From Camelus dromedarius (taxonomy: Eukaryota), in contig NC_087447.1 in assembly GCF_036321535.1 (NCBI RefSeq), forward strand, positions 33,234,001-33,298,000: a stretch of 64,000 nucleotides of DNA. Direction: 5' to 3'. The notes under the pieces are model-generated. The model was not told the DNA's origin and made no database searches. It was given only the letters and a program-made list of their open reading frames with translations. Every line of letters begins with the position of its first letter. The stretch's first letter is position 1. Shown in pieces: positions 1-13,950 of the stretch. Position numbers and translations under genes: made by a program.

Positions 1-455
1 TGTGATATGGTGAGTAAAATAAGTCAGACAAGGACAATTACCATATTATTTCACTTGTACATGGAATCTAAAAAAACAAATGAACAATCAAAACTCATAG
101 ATATGGAGAACAGACTGGTGACTGCCAGAAAGGAAGAGGGTGGTGGTGGGCAAAACGGGTGAAGAGTGTGTCAAGAGGAACCAACTTCCAGTTATAAAAT
201 AAACCAGTCTTGGGGATACAACGCAGAGCATGATGACTATAGTTAATAATACTGTATCGCATATTTGAAAGTTGATGAAAGAGTAAATCTTAGTACTCAC
301 GGGAAGGAAAAAAATCTTGTCACTTTGTATGGTGACAGATGGTAACTAGGTTTACTGTGGGCATCATTCTACAGTGTATACAAACGTCGAACCATTATGT
401 TGTACACTTGAAACTAACATAATGTTATATGTCACTTATACCTTGATTAAAAAAA
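1..455 (+). mobile_element. LINE-1 3' end (L1MA-like 3' UTR), cut by the window start
   Basis: L1 3' UTR motifs (ttcacttgtacatggaatctaaaa; gactatagttaataatactgtat; tgtacacttgaaactaacataatgttatatgtca) ending in an A-tail. Confidence 0.9.
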
Positions 456-849
456 TGGCCTCTGAAATAGAACATGAACCTCCATAGGTCACCACCCACT
501 CCTATCCATGTCCTGTGCATTTGCTATCAGCTTCAGAAATAACCTCATTTATTCACTAGGTCCCATTTCTCACATAACTGGGTTATTTAAACCACAGTTA
601 AATGAAGGTCAGTTTTCAACTAGCTGGAAATTCCTCTAGGTATATTTTATAATGCAAAAAATATTCTGAGGTTTTTATCTAAGCTTTTTAAACAGTGGAG
701 TAAAATCTATTGAATAACATGATATATTTCCCAGCTCTAGAAGAGGTCTTGAGAGAATGGGGGTATCTGTTGGTGAGAGGGTATTTAGCCACAAATGAAC
801 TGCCTGACATTGTCTTAGGTAAAATATATGTCGTATAAAAACAGCTACA

Positions 850-1035
850 GTTTGTTGAACACCTATTTTGTGCCAGGAAATGTGCAAATGTGCATTCATT
901 CGCTTTAATCTACGTAATTCTGCAAGGCATAAATTTTTTGTTTGTTTCACAGAAAAGGAATCAAGCTTTGGAAAAGGTAATTAAGTTTCCTAAGGTCATA
1001 CGAGTTCCAAGGGGCAAAGCTGGGGTTGAAATCTA
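850..1035 (-). mobile_element. MIR SINE
   Basis: Degenerate reverse MIR: ttgaacacctattttgtgccagg ... cctaaggtcatac ... gctggggttgaaatc. Confidence 0.7.
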
Positions 1036-1049
1036 CTTAATTTTAGTTA

Positions 1050-1125
1050 TTTAATGTTCTTTCCTGAAGTATAGTTGATTTACAATGTTGTGTTAGCCTC
1101 TGGTGTATAGCACAGTGATTCAGTG

Positions 1126-1179
<54 letters not shown>

Positions 1180-1270
1180 TTTTTTGTATTTTTTTTATTA
1201 TTACAAGCTATTGAATATAGTTCCCTGTGCTATAAAATAGATCTTTGTTGTTTATCTATTTTGTATATTG
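1050..1270 (-). mobile_element. 5'-truncated camelid/cetartiodactyl-type L1 3' end
   Basis: gaagtatagttgatttacaatgttgtgttag ... atagttccctgtgctata is the reverse complement of the L1 tails at 39.5-40.4 kb. Confidence 0.9.
1131..1176. repeat. (TA)23 microsatellite inside an L1 tail
   Basis: 46 nt of uninterrupted TA. Confidence 0.98.
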
Positions 1271-2083
1271 AATTTGAATCTTTTATTATTAAGCTCCAGC
1301 TCTTTCAATATATGCTGTTCTTAAAGATACTATACCTAATAATAGGACAGTAGGTTGGGAGAGAGAATATTGTAACAGTGTTCTTCCTCCTAGAGCCAAC
1401 ACATCCTGTATCTGAGTGAATCTCTGTCATTAGTCTCCCAGTGAGCTGGAGGTTTTGTCTTAAATCCAAGTACCATCTAACAAAGGCTCCTCCATCGGAT
1501 ATTCTCAAAAAGATGTTTGTTGAGGTCCATATAAAAATAAATCCATTTATTCTGCAATTAGGTCAAGAAAGCCAACACTGAAGCAGACCTCTCTGCACTT
1601 ACAGCACTGATCTCATCCCTAAGTCGTCCCACTCAAGATACCTGGGCTTCTCGCTGAGCTCAAGGTCACACAGCTGAACGTGCCAGAGCCACGCCCAAAT
1701 CTCAGACACCCTACCCCCAAGGTTCACTGCTGCTTGTCAGAAATACGCTACCACATCATCAAACAAAATACCTCTGCTAGACCTGGAGGGACAAACAGTG
1801 AACAAGCAAACAGGGGGAACCCCAAAGCCTTTCTCCATTATTTATGATCTCCATCATGGCTGTATTTTGCTTACCCACCTAGAGACGGGTGTTAACCATA
1901 ACACTCGCACCATCACCCATGATGAATGATGCTGCTGAATCTGGGAACATGAACTCACCTTTATGCACCCCACTGAGAGCAAATGTTTCTGGGCCATTTA
2001 ACACTCATTCTTGGGCCATTTCTCTTCTTTGCGGGCTCTTTACTCTATCATTAAACACTGCAAACCACAAGAAGTAGCAGAAT

Positions 2084-2636
2084 GGAAGTTGAACTCAAAT
2101 AAGAGATGAAAACAGTTGGCTCACAAATACGCCATGGTCCGTAAGAAGCCCGTGCCCCACCCGCCACCAGGGCAGAGGGAAGTGAGCATGGAGGAACTAA
2201 CGGCCTTGGCAGCATCCCCTCCCTCAAAATAAGAACCACTATGACAACCTGCCTGCAAAAGGCACCTCTCTGGTCCACATTTGTTTCCAGCAACGGCCAG
2301 CCAGAGCGCCTTCCATCCTTAACACTGAACACTCCTTCCTCATTTGCGGCACCCCTCAGCTGCTCGTTCCTCCCTCGCCATCAACCAAGGACTCTTCCTG
2401 AACAGCAATCAGCAAGTTTCTCTCACTTCCAAAAATCATACCTTAGTAGAATGCTTGCCAACCAGAGACTATCTTGGCCTTTCCTCTTTTTACTCTATGA
2501 GTCAGTTTTATTTTGTACCTTTGTAATACCTTTCAACCCTGCAGAACTACAAGTAATGGTAGATGAATTCCCTCGCCATAAGCTTATGAATAAACGCTTG
2601 GTTAATTCTTTCTTGGACTTGGTTTTGTTTCCGACA
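2084..2636 (+). mobile_element. Probable solo ERV1-class LTR (MER89/MER90/MER110-like)
   Basis: AATAAA at 2589-2594, then a T-rich U5-like end finishing ...ccgaCA. 4-bp direct repeat gaat on both sides (2080-2083, 2637-2640). The 5' TG is mutated to GG. Family assignment tentative. Confidence 0.6.
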
Positions 2637-4129
2637 GAATTTATAGAGTTAGTCATATCAATGTGTATCTTAAATGAGGGGTCTGTGCATTATTTATACC
2701 CCACTCCTTCTGTCCATGAGAAGCCATTAAAAGAGAGACGACTTTGTCCACAGGTGGGAAGAGATTTATCCACATTTTTTTTACTCTAATTCTCAGTGAT
2801 CATTTTATTTAATGCTACTCAAATGTTTAGATGAATTTCAACAGATTACCACACACTGGTTATTTTTATATATGCCTTTCACCCACCTTGAAGATGAGAA
2901 TGAAAACTGAGAGGTATTAATATAATTAAACCAATTTCCATATGTTTAATACATATTTCACTTCTGCAGTCCATTAAACCTGATTCTGCTGCTGGTCCAG
3001 GATGAGCGCTAGATTACTGTACTCAAAAATGAATAATTCTTGCCTTAACACTGCTTTATTCTGAACAATTATGTTAAAATAGCTGCCACTCTTCCTATTT
3101 TTAATCTACTTCCCATTCCCCAGGGGTGGGGGCGGGGTTCCATTTTTCTCTTTTTATAAATCTCTAATACTCGTACACTGGCTGTGTCCTACCTCTGTGC
3201 TGCGATATTGACTAGCTTCTCTTTAAATTCACATAGATGCAATCTTCAAGTGATAAATCGTAGCAGGCTGCCCATATAATTGATCTCAAATTCCCCATGC
3301 CCCCAGCAACCTTTAGCTGTGGCATTTTGAAGGACTTTGCACCTTTTCTAAAAAATTAAATGCTGATGAGAATGCCGAAGGGAAAATGTCTCTCTCTCTC
3401 TACCTAAAAAAATGTTGCAAATCTCCCAAGTGTGAACACTGACCTCTACAACCATTTTGAAGATATACTTTTTAAAAATTAGACATGAGCTATGAATAGC
3501 GGTCTGTGGTAAGAAACTAATACTCTCTCACTTTGCGGCTGGAAAAAAAATTGTATTTTCTTGACCTGTATGTGCACCATGAGAAGGTGTGCAGTTAAGG
3601 AAAAATGACTTGTTGCTGTCAGTACAAATCTGTTGAATCAGTCTGACTTACGTATACAGCTTACCCAGGAAAAAGAGATGAGTGGTAGACAAGACATATA
3701 TGGGCTTTGGGCTCAATTCTGGTTTGAGTCTGGGCTTACTCACAAGATTTGTTTCTTTAAGCATATAACTTCTCTGAGTCCCAGTTTCTTTATGTGAAAC
3801 CCTAACTGTAGCACCTTGAAGGGTAACTGTGATAAATAATGAAAAAAAATGTACAGCACAGATTCAGACATACAGAAGCACTGTGTTAAATATTACTTTG
3901 TTTCCATCAAGATTATCATTTTGCCTAGACTGCTGTGTCTCTTTTGAACCACATACTCACGATCCTCGGGGTATGCCATGGGCATCTATAAAATCCTATA
4001 GCCAGGTGCATAAAACCCAGAACTTTATTGGAGCTACAAAACTTACTCAACAATACATACACACAAAATCACTCACTCCCTAGGAATCACAGAAAACAAT
4101 CTGTCAGCCTAGAAGACTGACAGTTTGCT

Positions 4130-4812
4130 TTTTACTTTTAATTAAGACTACGTTTTAGAGCTAAGTTTTAGGTTCAGAGCAAAGTTGAAGAGAAAGTAGA
4201 GACTTTCCATATTCCCCGTTCTATCACACATGCATACCTTTCCCCATTATCAACAGAGTGGCTCTTGTCTGACCACTCACGAACCTACCTTGACACATTA
4301 TCATCACCCAAAATTCATGGTTTATATTACAGCTCACTCTTGGTGTTACACCTTCTATGGGTTTGGACACATGTATAATGACACGTATCCATCAGGATGG
4401 TATCGAACAGTATTTTCACTGTCCTAAAAATCCACTGTGCTCCACCTATTCAGCCCCTTCCAACCTCTGGCAACCACTGACCTGCTTCCTTCCTATCTCC
4501 ATAGTCTTGCCTTTTCCAAAATGTCACATAGCTGGAATCACACAGCATGTAGGCTTTCTCAGATTGGCTTTCACTTAGTAATAGGCATTCAAGGAACCTT
4601 TCCATGGCTTGATAGTTCATTTCTTTTTAGTGCTAAATAATGTTACATCATCTAGACGTGCCACAACTTGTTTATCCATTCACCTACTGAAGGGCATCTT
4701 GGTTGCTCTGAAATGTTAGCAGTTAAGAATAAAGCTGTTATGAGCATCCACGTGCAGGTTTCTGCATGCATATAGATTTTCAATTCCTTTGGGTAAATAC
4801 CAAGGAGTACCA
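4130..4812 (-). mobile_element. Old LINE-1 (L1MB/L1MC-type) 3' UTR plus ORF2 C-terminal remnant
   Basis: Minus-frame translation LLGIYPKELK...TCTWMLITALF...QPRCPSVGEWINKLW matches the L1 ORF2 C-terminus; L1MC-like UTR (ttttaggttcagagcaaag). Confidence 0.9.
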
Positions 4813-4861
4813 ATTTGGTTTTGGAACTAAATACGGCAAATTGTAAAACCTGCATCTAAAG

Positions 4862-5085
4862 TGGGGGTTGACAAACGTTTCCTATAAAGGGACAGATAGT
4901 AAATAGACTCTGTTGGTTACATCTCTATCACAACTGCCCAGCCCTGTCACTGTAGCATGTAAACAGCTATACACAAGGCATAAACAAATAACTATGGCTG
5001 TGTTTCAAAAAAAAAAAAAAACTTTATCTAAAAAACCAAGCAGTGGGCCAGATTTGGTCCAAGGACCATAATTTGCTGACTCCAG
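4862..5085 (+). mobile_element. MER58A hAT-Charlie DNA transposon
   Basis: Terminal inverted repeats ggggttgacaaac / atttgctgactccag; internal aaagggacagatagtaaata; near-identical 8-bp TSD atctaaag/ttctaaag. Confidence 0.9.
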
Positions 5086-6569
5086 TTCTAAAGTAGAGCA
5101 GGGTTTGAATTCCTGGAGTCAGCATCCTTTGTATTCCTTCCCACCTGCCGTGTCCTAGCAAACCTCAGTATTTAAAGCACTTTCATGCCCACACAGTTTC
5201 ACTGGACATCAAGTTTGCAGCACATAAATAATATTAGGGCAAGACAGAGGGCTCTTAATAGTCTTAAAAGAATCATTTCTCACCCATACACAAGGTAACA
5301 TTTGGCACTACGACAATGAAAAAACAGAGAATAGATTATCTCTTTCAATGAATTTTGGCAATCTGCTATAATTTATAACACTAGTAACTAAAGAATTGTT
5401 TGCATTCTTTTTTTTTTTTTCTTTCCAGATCATACAGGCGCTAAATTCCTTAGGTATCACCTAAGGTAACTCGAACAGCAAGGGTTTTTGGGGGGCTTTT
5501 TTTTTTGTTTTTAATTCCAGGATAGGAACTTAAAATGTTTTCACCCTTCCTTGTTCCATACTTGAAGCTTAGTGAAAATTTTGATCCAAACTGTTTTGCT
5601 CCTGGCTGTGAAACACAACTAGCATTTTCATTCTGCTGCCTCCAGTGTCAAAGCCAAGCTTTATATTTAGTTAAAAACCATTCCATTAAGGCTCAGTAGT
5701 TTACTGGTTACTTATTCCTTTTTCTCTCCTGTTCAGTACTTTTTCTATCTTTAAAATTGGTGCTTTTTATCTGAAAGTCATACTGAGCTTTATCTGGATT
5801 TAGAACGTATTTTAGGGTAAAAGCGGATAAAGGATCAATGGGTTATTATGAAAGTGAGTGAAAGCATCCAGGACTGACCGTGATGCAGTAGGAATTTCCC
5901 AGATGCCATTGGCAACATCACGCTCTCAGTTTAAGTTTATCCAAAAGACAGTAGATGAGTGGTAGGTGTCCACTGAGGGTGAAGACGCAGCCCCAGGCCC
6001 AGCTCAAATCCGTCTATTAGCTGCAGCCATGACCACTCAAGAAGTCTTTCAATGCCACCTTCTCCGTACTTAAAACAGTTAAATGAAAACACTAGCACGT
6101 TCAGTGGACTGCAAAAACCAAATCTACTTACTGTTAAATAGACCACAAGAAAGTCCAAAGAGAAAGCAAAATTTTAACATCACCAAGTTCATTGCTTTAA
6201 AACCTAGAGGCTGAAAAAGAGCACTTTTCCCTTCTTTTTCAATCTTTTGCCATTTCTGTTACATTGGGAATAGTCATTCAACTTACACTACTGAGAACAA
6301 AGCACCTGCGTTTGGTCAGGCGCTGGGGTATGACAGGGCCCCCACCTACGAGCCCGTGGGGAATACACTTCCCAGACAGGGAACTTACACAAGTCCCTGG
6401 TTCTCTCCACTTAGCCCTTCCTCCAACAAGCATTTACTAAGCGACTACTGCACTTCACAGAGAGGACAGGAAGATGAAACGGCTGCCCTTCAGGAGTTCG
6501 TGGGTATGAAAACACAAATACAACAGCTTCCTGACGTCCCCACTTCAAGTGTTGTCCTTCCAAGTTCAC

Positions 6570-7142
6570 TTTTCCCAAAGCAGCCTGAGCTATTTTTAAA
6601 AAACATAAATCAGATCACATCCCTCTCTTGCTTAAAACTTTCCTCCACTTTCCCCTCAGATTTAGAATAAAATCCATGTGCTTCCCTCTGGCCCATACAG
6701 GACCTGACTCCTACCTGTCTCTCCTCCACCCTCCCCACCCCCAGTTCTCCACCACCACCAAATTCCTCTCTCTTCTTTGAACATAGCATGCTCATTCTTG
6801 CCTTGGCACATTTCTTTCCTCTCTGAATAAAACAATGTATCTAGAATAAACCGTGCCCAAAGTTTGTCCCTTCTCATCCTTCCTCAAGGTCACCTCCTCA
6901 GACTTGGCCTCTCCCAAGACCTGAATAAACGAGCACCTCCCCCAGTCACCTGCCATCCTTTCTATCCTGCTGAAATACCGGGTTCATTTCTTTGTTCTCT
7001 TGTTTGTTGTCTGTCTCCTCCAACAGCACGTAGGTTCTGTGAGCACAGAGATCTTCTCTGTCTTGTTCACACTGCACCCCAATACTTGGAATAATATCTA
7101 AAGTACAATAGGCACTCAATACTTTTAATGAATAACTGAATG
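6570..7142 (+). mobile_element. LINE-2 3' end
   Basis: Pyrimidine-rich L2 body and terminal motif tcttgttcacactgcacccc ... taggcactcaata ... tgaataactgaat. Confidence 0.85.
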
Positions 7143-7164
7143 TACATTCATGTGTAAGAATAAC

Positions 7165-7325
7165 ATTTAATTATGTGTGCTCAACACTGTTCTAACATCA
7201 TATATACAAATGATCTCTTTTAATCTCCACACCATCAGACATAAGTACTTTTTATACCCATTGTATAGATGAGGAAACTGAAGTATCACATCATCAAGTC
7301 CTAATCCAAGGTCACACGGCTTCTG
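7165..7325 (-). mobile_element. MIR SINE
   Basis: Core cccattgtatagatgaggaaactgaag ... ccaaggtcacac. Confidence 0.85.
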
Positions 7326-8624
7326 ACCTCAGGCCACATGCTGCCTCACACAGTAACACTCTCCACACGATCTGCTGTGGGAGTTCCCCACACTCCTGTT
7401 CCCTCACCTCTAATATTTTTAACCTTGGCAATGGCCCATAAAAAAGTACTAACCTCATTCTCAGCTACGACCTTCCTCTCTTCTCTCTACTTCACCTGGG
7501 AGCTGGCTGGATGCTCACCTTGTTGATCAGTCTGGTGATTCCGTGACCTCCACCTGAATATCCGTTCTCCAACCCTGAGGCTCAAGCTGGCCAAAAAAAC
7601 CCAGCCCCTGGTCTGCAGTCCCACTGGTATCCACACTGTACCAAGGACCCCTACACTCTCCATCCATTTAGAAAGCCTTGTTCCCCACTTTGCTGAGCCC
7701 CTCTTCTACTAAAAGTCATGCTGGAAGAGAAAGAATAGCAGATAGAAACAATAATCTAATATCTACCTAACACGCCGCCACATGCTTTCACACCTTGAAT
7801 AACGACTTTTAAAAGCAGACACTGGGGAGTGCCAAGCCTTTTAGGTTGAAGAGCCTAAGAGAACAAGGAAATGGAGTGAGAAAATAGGAGTTTGTACAGG
7901 GAAAAGCAATGAGTTTTCATTGTTGAGAGCATAATATACATTAAGGAAATAGGCAGCAATAAGTCTGGGGGGGAAAAACAGCCCTGGAACCACATCCTAG
8001 AGTCTTGAAAGCCGAAATAAGAGTCTGGCCTTTGTTCCGTTGGCACGAGGAAGGAGCAGAAGCTCCTACTTATTGAGCTTTCTGAATCTTGGCTGTATTT
8101 TAGGAAGATGAATTAAGCAGCACCAGGAGGATGGACTGGAGGGAAAGAACCAAAGGTGCTTGTTTCTATGCAAACCTTCCTGGGGAAATTGTCATATAAT
8201 GATAACAGTCTGTTTCTGCCTCTTTGATTACTATAATTAACTGATAAGAGACCAGTGGATACTCCGCAAGTCGCAGAGAAAGAGTATGGCAATGTGTTAT
8301 TTCTAGAATCACCTTGGTGCTTTTCTAAATTGATCTGTACTTTCAGAGAAAGAAAGTTTTCTTGCCATACTGAGTCCACAATAGCCTCATGAGATGGTAG
8401 GTCTAAACCAGTTCAGAATGAAGCCCCAATGAGCTTGTTCTAATCCAGCTGCCTAAAACAAGACTGCTTCTGATGCTGAGTGCCAGAAAAACAAATGATC
8501 GCCATTGTAAAGAATTCAGCTGTAATTTTCACGGTCCCCAGAGGCAATATAGATGAAGTATTAAGCTACAAGAGTTCAAGCTGCTGTTAGGAGGGAAATG
8601 GTACATTTCCATGAAATAGCATTG

Positions 8625-8810
8625 CCTGGTGGTTCTAACTGCAAGCTCTGGAATCAAGCAGCCTGGGTTTAAATCTCACTTTGCTCACCTGCTACCCCTG
8701 TGCCCTTGATCAAATTACTTGACCTCTCAAGGGACAGAGTAGTACCCAGCTCGCAAGATCACTTAAAGAATAAATGACATAATCCATATAAATCACCTAC
8801 CACATAGCTG
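8625..8810 (+). mobile_element. MIR SINE
   Basis: gctctggaatcaagcagcctgggtttaaatc ... ccttgatcaaattacttgacctctc ... taaatgacataatccatataaa. Confidence 0.85.
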
Positions 8811-8829
8811 GTGGTCATATGATTTAATT

Positions 8830-10800
8830 TCTATTTTTGACAAAAATCACTCTGACCACTGGGTGTAGAGTAGATGGGACGGGGAGAAGGAGGAGATGCA
8901 GAGAGCAGAAAAGAGGGTATTTCACTGGCCCACAAAAGAGATGATGGCATCTTGAACGTGGGGAGAAGTAGATGGATTTGGGATTCCTTTCCAGGGTAAA
9001 GGGCATAGAACTTGCTGGATGGAGATTTGCTTGATGAAGTCAAGAATGATTCCCAGGCTTCCGGCAGCAGGATAGGATGGGTACTAGTCTGATATAGTAA
9101 GATACTAAATACTGCCAGGAACATGTTTCGAGTAAAAAGTCAAGAGTTCCTAAACTGAACAGTCAAAACAGGAATCAGACAGATGAATACAAACTCACAG
9201 CTCAGAAAGATCTGAGCTGAAGACATTACACTGACATCACCTTATGTAAATTTATGGGGGGAGGAATTTATAAAGAGAGAGATCAGGTCTGAAGGTGGAA
9301 AACATCAACATGGTGAGTTTGGTGGGAAGAGGAGCCTGCAAGGATGATTAAGAAAGACTGAGCAGAGGGGTAAGGAGGGAAACAGAAGTGTCTGTAATCA
9401 AAAGGAGAACAGAGAAGAAATTGTCCCAAGAACAGGGGTGGTGATTAGCCAAGGTCAAATGCTGCTGAGAGATCAATCAAGTGGTAACAGGGAGCTGAAC
9501 CCAGGATCCGGGAACACATAAATCAGAGCAGAGTGGTAGGCTGGAAATGGCACCAGAACAGGTTACAGAGTGAATGTAAGAACTGGAAACTACCTATAGA
9601 GACAATTCTGAGAAATGAATTAGAAAAGACAGAGGGATAGGACCAAGGGCTGTTAGAGGATGTGGACGAGGAAGGAATTGCCGTAGGTTGAAAAGCTGTG
9701 ACAGTATACTGAAGGAAGCAGTCCTGGAGAAAGAGTGAAACTGATGGTGCCGAATAGGGAGGTCCCGGGAACACGGAGAGGGTGTGGGGTGCAGGGCACA
9801 GAGAGGGACTGCCTTTGATCAGCTAAGAGGCACTTGCAGCAACAGGAAAGAGGCGCATCTGATCTGGGTGCTGATGTGGGTGGATCTGGGGGTTGGATGA
9901 TGGGGTAGTGTTCTTCCGGAGATTTCCACTCTTCTTAGTGACACATGAAGTATGGCCACAACTTAAGGGTGGGAGTGACAGCCTAAAGAGGGCACGCTGA
10001 AAGTTTGAAGAGTAAGAGAAAGCATGTAAGCTTACTAGTAAAACGTGAGATGATTGCTGAGTAATGTTGAATTCGTAAGTGAAATTTTGTGATTGTAACT
10101 GTAAAATGCCATCGGTTTACCTGGTTTCGCTCTCTGGGAATATTCTGCTACTTGTGAACGATAAGGAGAAGCTAGAGAATTGGGTCTGTGCGAGTTTAAG
10201 GTAGTACAATATGGAAGAAAAGGGCACAGACATTGGGAAATATTTCCAAGAAAGTGACCATAATGATGGGCCACGGAATTTAACCTGTACCAACGAAAGA
10301 CATGAGAGGACCTAGGAATCGTGAAAAAGAGGTAGAAGCAATGGACTAAATATTTCAAAGAGGTAAAATAATCTTCAGCAATGGGAGCAGCTGAGCAAGG
10401 AAGGCGGAGGGACAGAACTTTCTGCGTCAAGAATGGAATGAGTCAAGATGCCAGAAATGTTGCCATTTCTGATGAAGGATTTTGATGACAAATCCCTAGG
10501 CACGACCACGGAAGCCATCCACATAAAAATATGGTTTAAGCCATGATAAGGAGTTGATGTATGTCTATGGCCAAGGGGAGATAAGAAGTTTGTGAAACTG
10601 AGATATCACCATGCCGGACGGGTTGATCCCAGCAGACGTTGACGTAACCCAGACTAATGACAAGAATGGGCATGTGGAGAAAGGCAATTATCAGAAGCTG
10701 CATGGATAAGAGAAAATGTTATCAGATGACCGTGGCAAGGGCAGGAAGAAGTCGGGACAGTCTGACGGCATAGATCCCAAGGATGAGGTTTCTGATACAA
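8830..10800 (-). mobile_element. Long degraded LINE-2 fragment
   Basis: Purine-rich run with reverse L2 motifs (aaaatcactctgacc, gtcaagaatgattcccagg, gtcaaatgctgctgagagatcaa). 3' boundary uncertain. Confidence 0.75.
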
Positions 10801-10819
10801 GCTTTTTGGAAGGCAAGTT

Positions 10820-11400
10820 GGCAGTATCTGCAAAAACGCAAAATGCACATACCTTTGATATTTTACAGATATATAAAAATAGCATACATATATATATGAT
10901 TTTCCCACAGATGAACATAAGCACGCACCCTGTATACAAACAGTTAAGTTCAAGGACATTCATGGAAACACTTTTTGAAGACGCACACCCACACATAACT
11001 GAAATATTCACCAGTAGTAGTCTAGTTAAACAAACCACGGCAGAACTGCACAAAGAAATACCACGTAGACATATAAAAGAATAAAATGAGTTCCATGGCC
11101 AGCATGGAACTCTATCCAACAGAATAAAGTAGAAAAAGACGCTTAACAACATGTATAGTACACTTCCATTTGCATAAATAAAAAAGGATTATATGCACAT
11201 ATATATATAAACGTACCTATTTTCCTCAATATGCACACCATGCACACCGTATCACTAAAAGGACACTCAAGAGACAAGAACAGTGGTTCTTTCTGAAAAG
11301 GGCTGTTGAGTGTATTTCACTGAGTAATTTCTTATAAAGGCTGAATATTTAATGACGTACTGTAATGCTTTCTTAAAAAACAAAACCATTACATTTAAAA
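10820..11400 (+). mobile_element. Ancient L1M (L1ME-like) ORF2 end / 3' UTR
   Basis: tttggaaggcaagttggcagtatct ... cacatacctttga ... caaggacattcat; degenerate L1 C-terminal region. Confidence 0.7.
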
Positions 11401-11849
11401 GGCAAAAACAGAATAATGTCCCACTTTTTAGTGATAGGAACATTATGAGGATTACCTTAGGTAGTATTTCTAAGTCTTTTGCACAGTGCCTAGCAGGTTC
11501 CGAACTCATATGGAAACATTTACTGTTACTGTTGCTGTTGTTAGTATGACCATGTTACACTGCATTAACGAATCAGAAGCCGGTATGTCCAAAACTAAGA
11601 TTATCAGTTTCTCTACAAATTCTCTTTTTCCTCCTCATGCAGAAATCGCTTTCCCTCCCCTGCTCTTTAAAAACCTCTAATCTCTCTCTTGTTCTAACCA
11701 CCATTCATAGCTCTTCCCAATTGACAGCTGCCCCCTCCAATTTTTCTCATCTTTACTCCCTATTGGGTATCTTCTGATCCAATCAGTCCCATAAGCTACC
11801 TTTCCAAAGTGTAGTGTGTATGGAAAAGTATGAATTGACATCAAAATAT

Positions 11850-13950
11850 AGGTTTGGCCACGTGGCATAACCTTGGCGTGCAGTGCTGTGTTTATTTTAC
11901 ATATTCTAGCAATTCTAGCTAATGCTAAATAATTTGGTCATTATGTTTTAATCCTTCTTTGAACCAAGGAGATTATTTTTAGAATACATTTCTGAGCAGT
12001 TGAGGTTTTTGAAACTATTATCATACTTTTAGAGTTTTACTGTACCAGCCGTCAAAAAGCACAGCCTAATTTCTGGTTTGGGGAATTCACCAGTGTTTTT
12101 TTCTATTATCATCACTGGTCACATTCTATAAACATTTGAAAAATACGTGTATTCTCTATGGAGTACAAATTTTGAGATATATCTATTGATTCACTTTTAT
12201 TAACCACTGAATCCTTATGCTCGTGTACTTTCTATTTTGTCACACCGAGTAGTACATTAAAATCTGCCACAGAAATTATGTTTCCGTCAATTTTTCCTTC
12301 CTTGTCTAACAGATTTTGCTTTGTGACTTGATGTTTTATTACTAAACCCAGACCCAGAGCTACAACAACTTTATTAAGGATTTTACCTTCCATCAGTATT
12401 AAGTGACCATTCTCATTTCTCTTAATGCGTTTTGCCTTGAATTTTATTTTGACAGATATTAATATTGCCTCTCTTGCATCCTTTCTGTTCAGAATTGTTT
12501 GCTATACGTGGCCCAATTCTGGAATTTAATTCTTTTTGTGTTTTGGGTTTTTTTAGATACAGCACTTATCACATGAATATAATTGATTTTTTAAATACAA
12601 GTACAGAGTTTCACCTTAATCATTTATGTTTAATTTACACCCTGTACTTAATCTCTTGTTATCTTATGTTCACCTTTCTATATTTTAGGCTCCCTTGCCA
12701 TTTATTTGTCTATTTGTTCATTTACATTAAAAGGAGTGTGGTTAGTTTGCTTGTAACTTCTGTGGTGATTTAGAAGACTGGCCCCCTATCTTTAATTTTA
12801 CTAGCATTTACCTTTAAGATGTTCAAAACCACAAGTGCAAACCTCTCCCCTCTCTCATATCTATGTGCGGGCATATGAGTGTATATGTTTTTCCTGAGCA
12901 ACTAATTTACATAAAAAGTGATTTACATTTCCTTCTAAGAGCAATCAGCTTTGATATTCATTTCAATGTGTTTTTTTTAAATAAAATAATTACTCCTTTC
13001 CTGAGCTCTTTAAATTACTTTCTGGTTATGTGGCATGCATGCCTCTTTCAGTGCATAAATTTTGAGCCCTTAGACTTTCTGTTATCATACATAAACAATC
13101 TGACTAGAGAGGTATGTATATCTTAGACCGCATAATTTTCTCCATCAGAATGCAACATAATTTCTCCTTTATCTTTTTTATTGGGGGGGGGCAGTGATTA
13201 GGTTTATTCAATTTATTTTTAATGGCGGTGCTGGGGATTGAACCCAGGACCTCTGGGTTCTACCACTGAGCGATACCCTCCCCTCCCCCTTTTATCTTTA
13301 GATATCTTGTTTTGCAAAGGAAAAGTCTGAGACCCACCTGGTTTTTGTTTCTTTAAGGGTAAATTTTTATTTTCATTTTTATTCATCCTCTATGGGATTT
13401 TATGCAATTTTTAAATTCTTTACCTTTGAAAATAATCATCAGAATGTATTTAGGTGTAGTGTTCTTCCTGTAATTGTTACATGGAGTCTCCTGCTCCATG
13501 GATGAATATGCATTTCACTTTCATCATTTTTTATTATATAACTTAGCAGTCTATAGTATCTTTAATGTTTCATTTGAAAAGCACTCTTATGGTTACATCC
13601 TGTCTGCTACCTTCTGACCATCTTTCTTTTTTTTTTTTTATCATTTCCCTCTACTAAGAATCTTCTTAGTTTGATTCTATTGATTCTATTCTCTACCATG
13701 TTATTTATTTATGGTTACAGAATGGGAATTTAATTCTGATATTAAATTTTTAATATTCCTGAAACAGTTGCCTTCTCAGTCAATATGTCTGTCATCTTGG
13801 ATTGAACTTCAGCTTACTGACTTTTTATAGCATTCTGATATCTCCTTGTGATTATGTACCTTTATTTCCTACTTAATGAGATATCATCTAACATTGCCTT
13901 TTGTTTCTTGTGGACCATCATGTACAAGGATGTGTAAATTATCCCATGTC
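11850..13950 (-). mobile_element. Ancient L1M remnant, reverse orientation
   Basis: T-rich degenerate sequence with reverse L1 motifs (tttgccttgaattttattttgacagatattaatattgcc; gaaaagtctga). Confidence 0.6.
13170..13289 (-). mobile_element. Camelid vic-1-type tRNA-Ala-derived SINE, internally deleted
   Basis: ctggggattgaacccaggacctc ... ctaccactgagcgataccctccc (reverse B and A boxes); anticodon arm missing; flanked by tttatcttt repeats. Confidence 0.9.

Noticed and set aside
1123..1353. ORF with a YIYIYI run
   Set aside because: (TA)n microsatellite in an L1 tail.
2241..2789. 182-aa ORF
   Set aside because: Lies mostly in a probable LTR and runs out into flanking DNA; no recognisable domain.
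2998..3066. Possible C/D-box snoRNA (gatgag ... ctga)
   Set aside because: C box does not match RUGAUGA and there is no terminal stem.
5937..6158. Possible minus-strand terminal exon (TEKVALKDFLSGHGCS*) or 73-aa ORF
   Set aside because: Weak AAG acceptor and no recognisable protein match.
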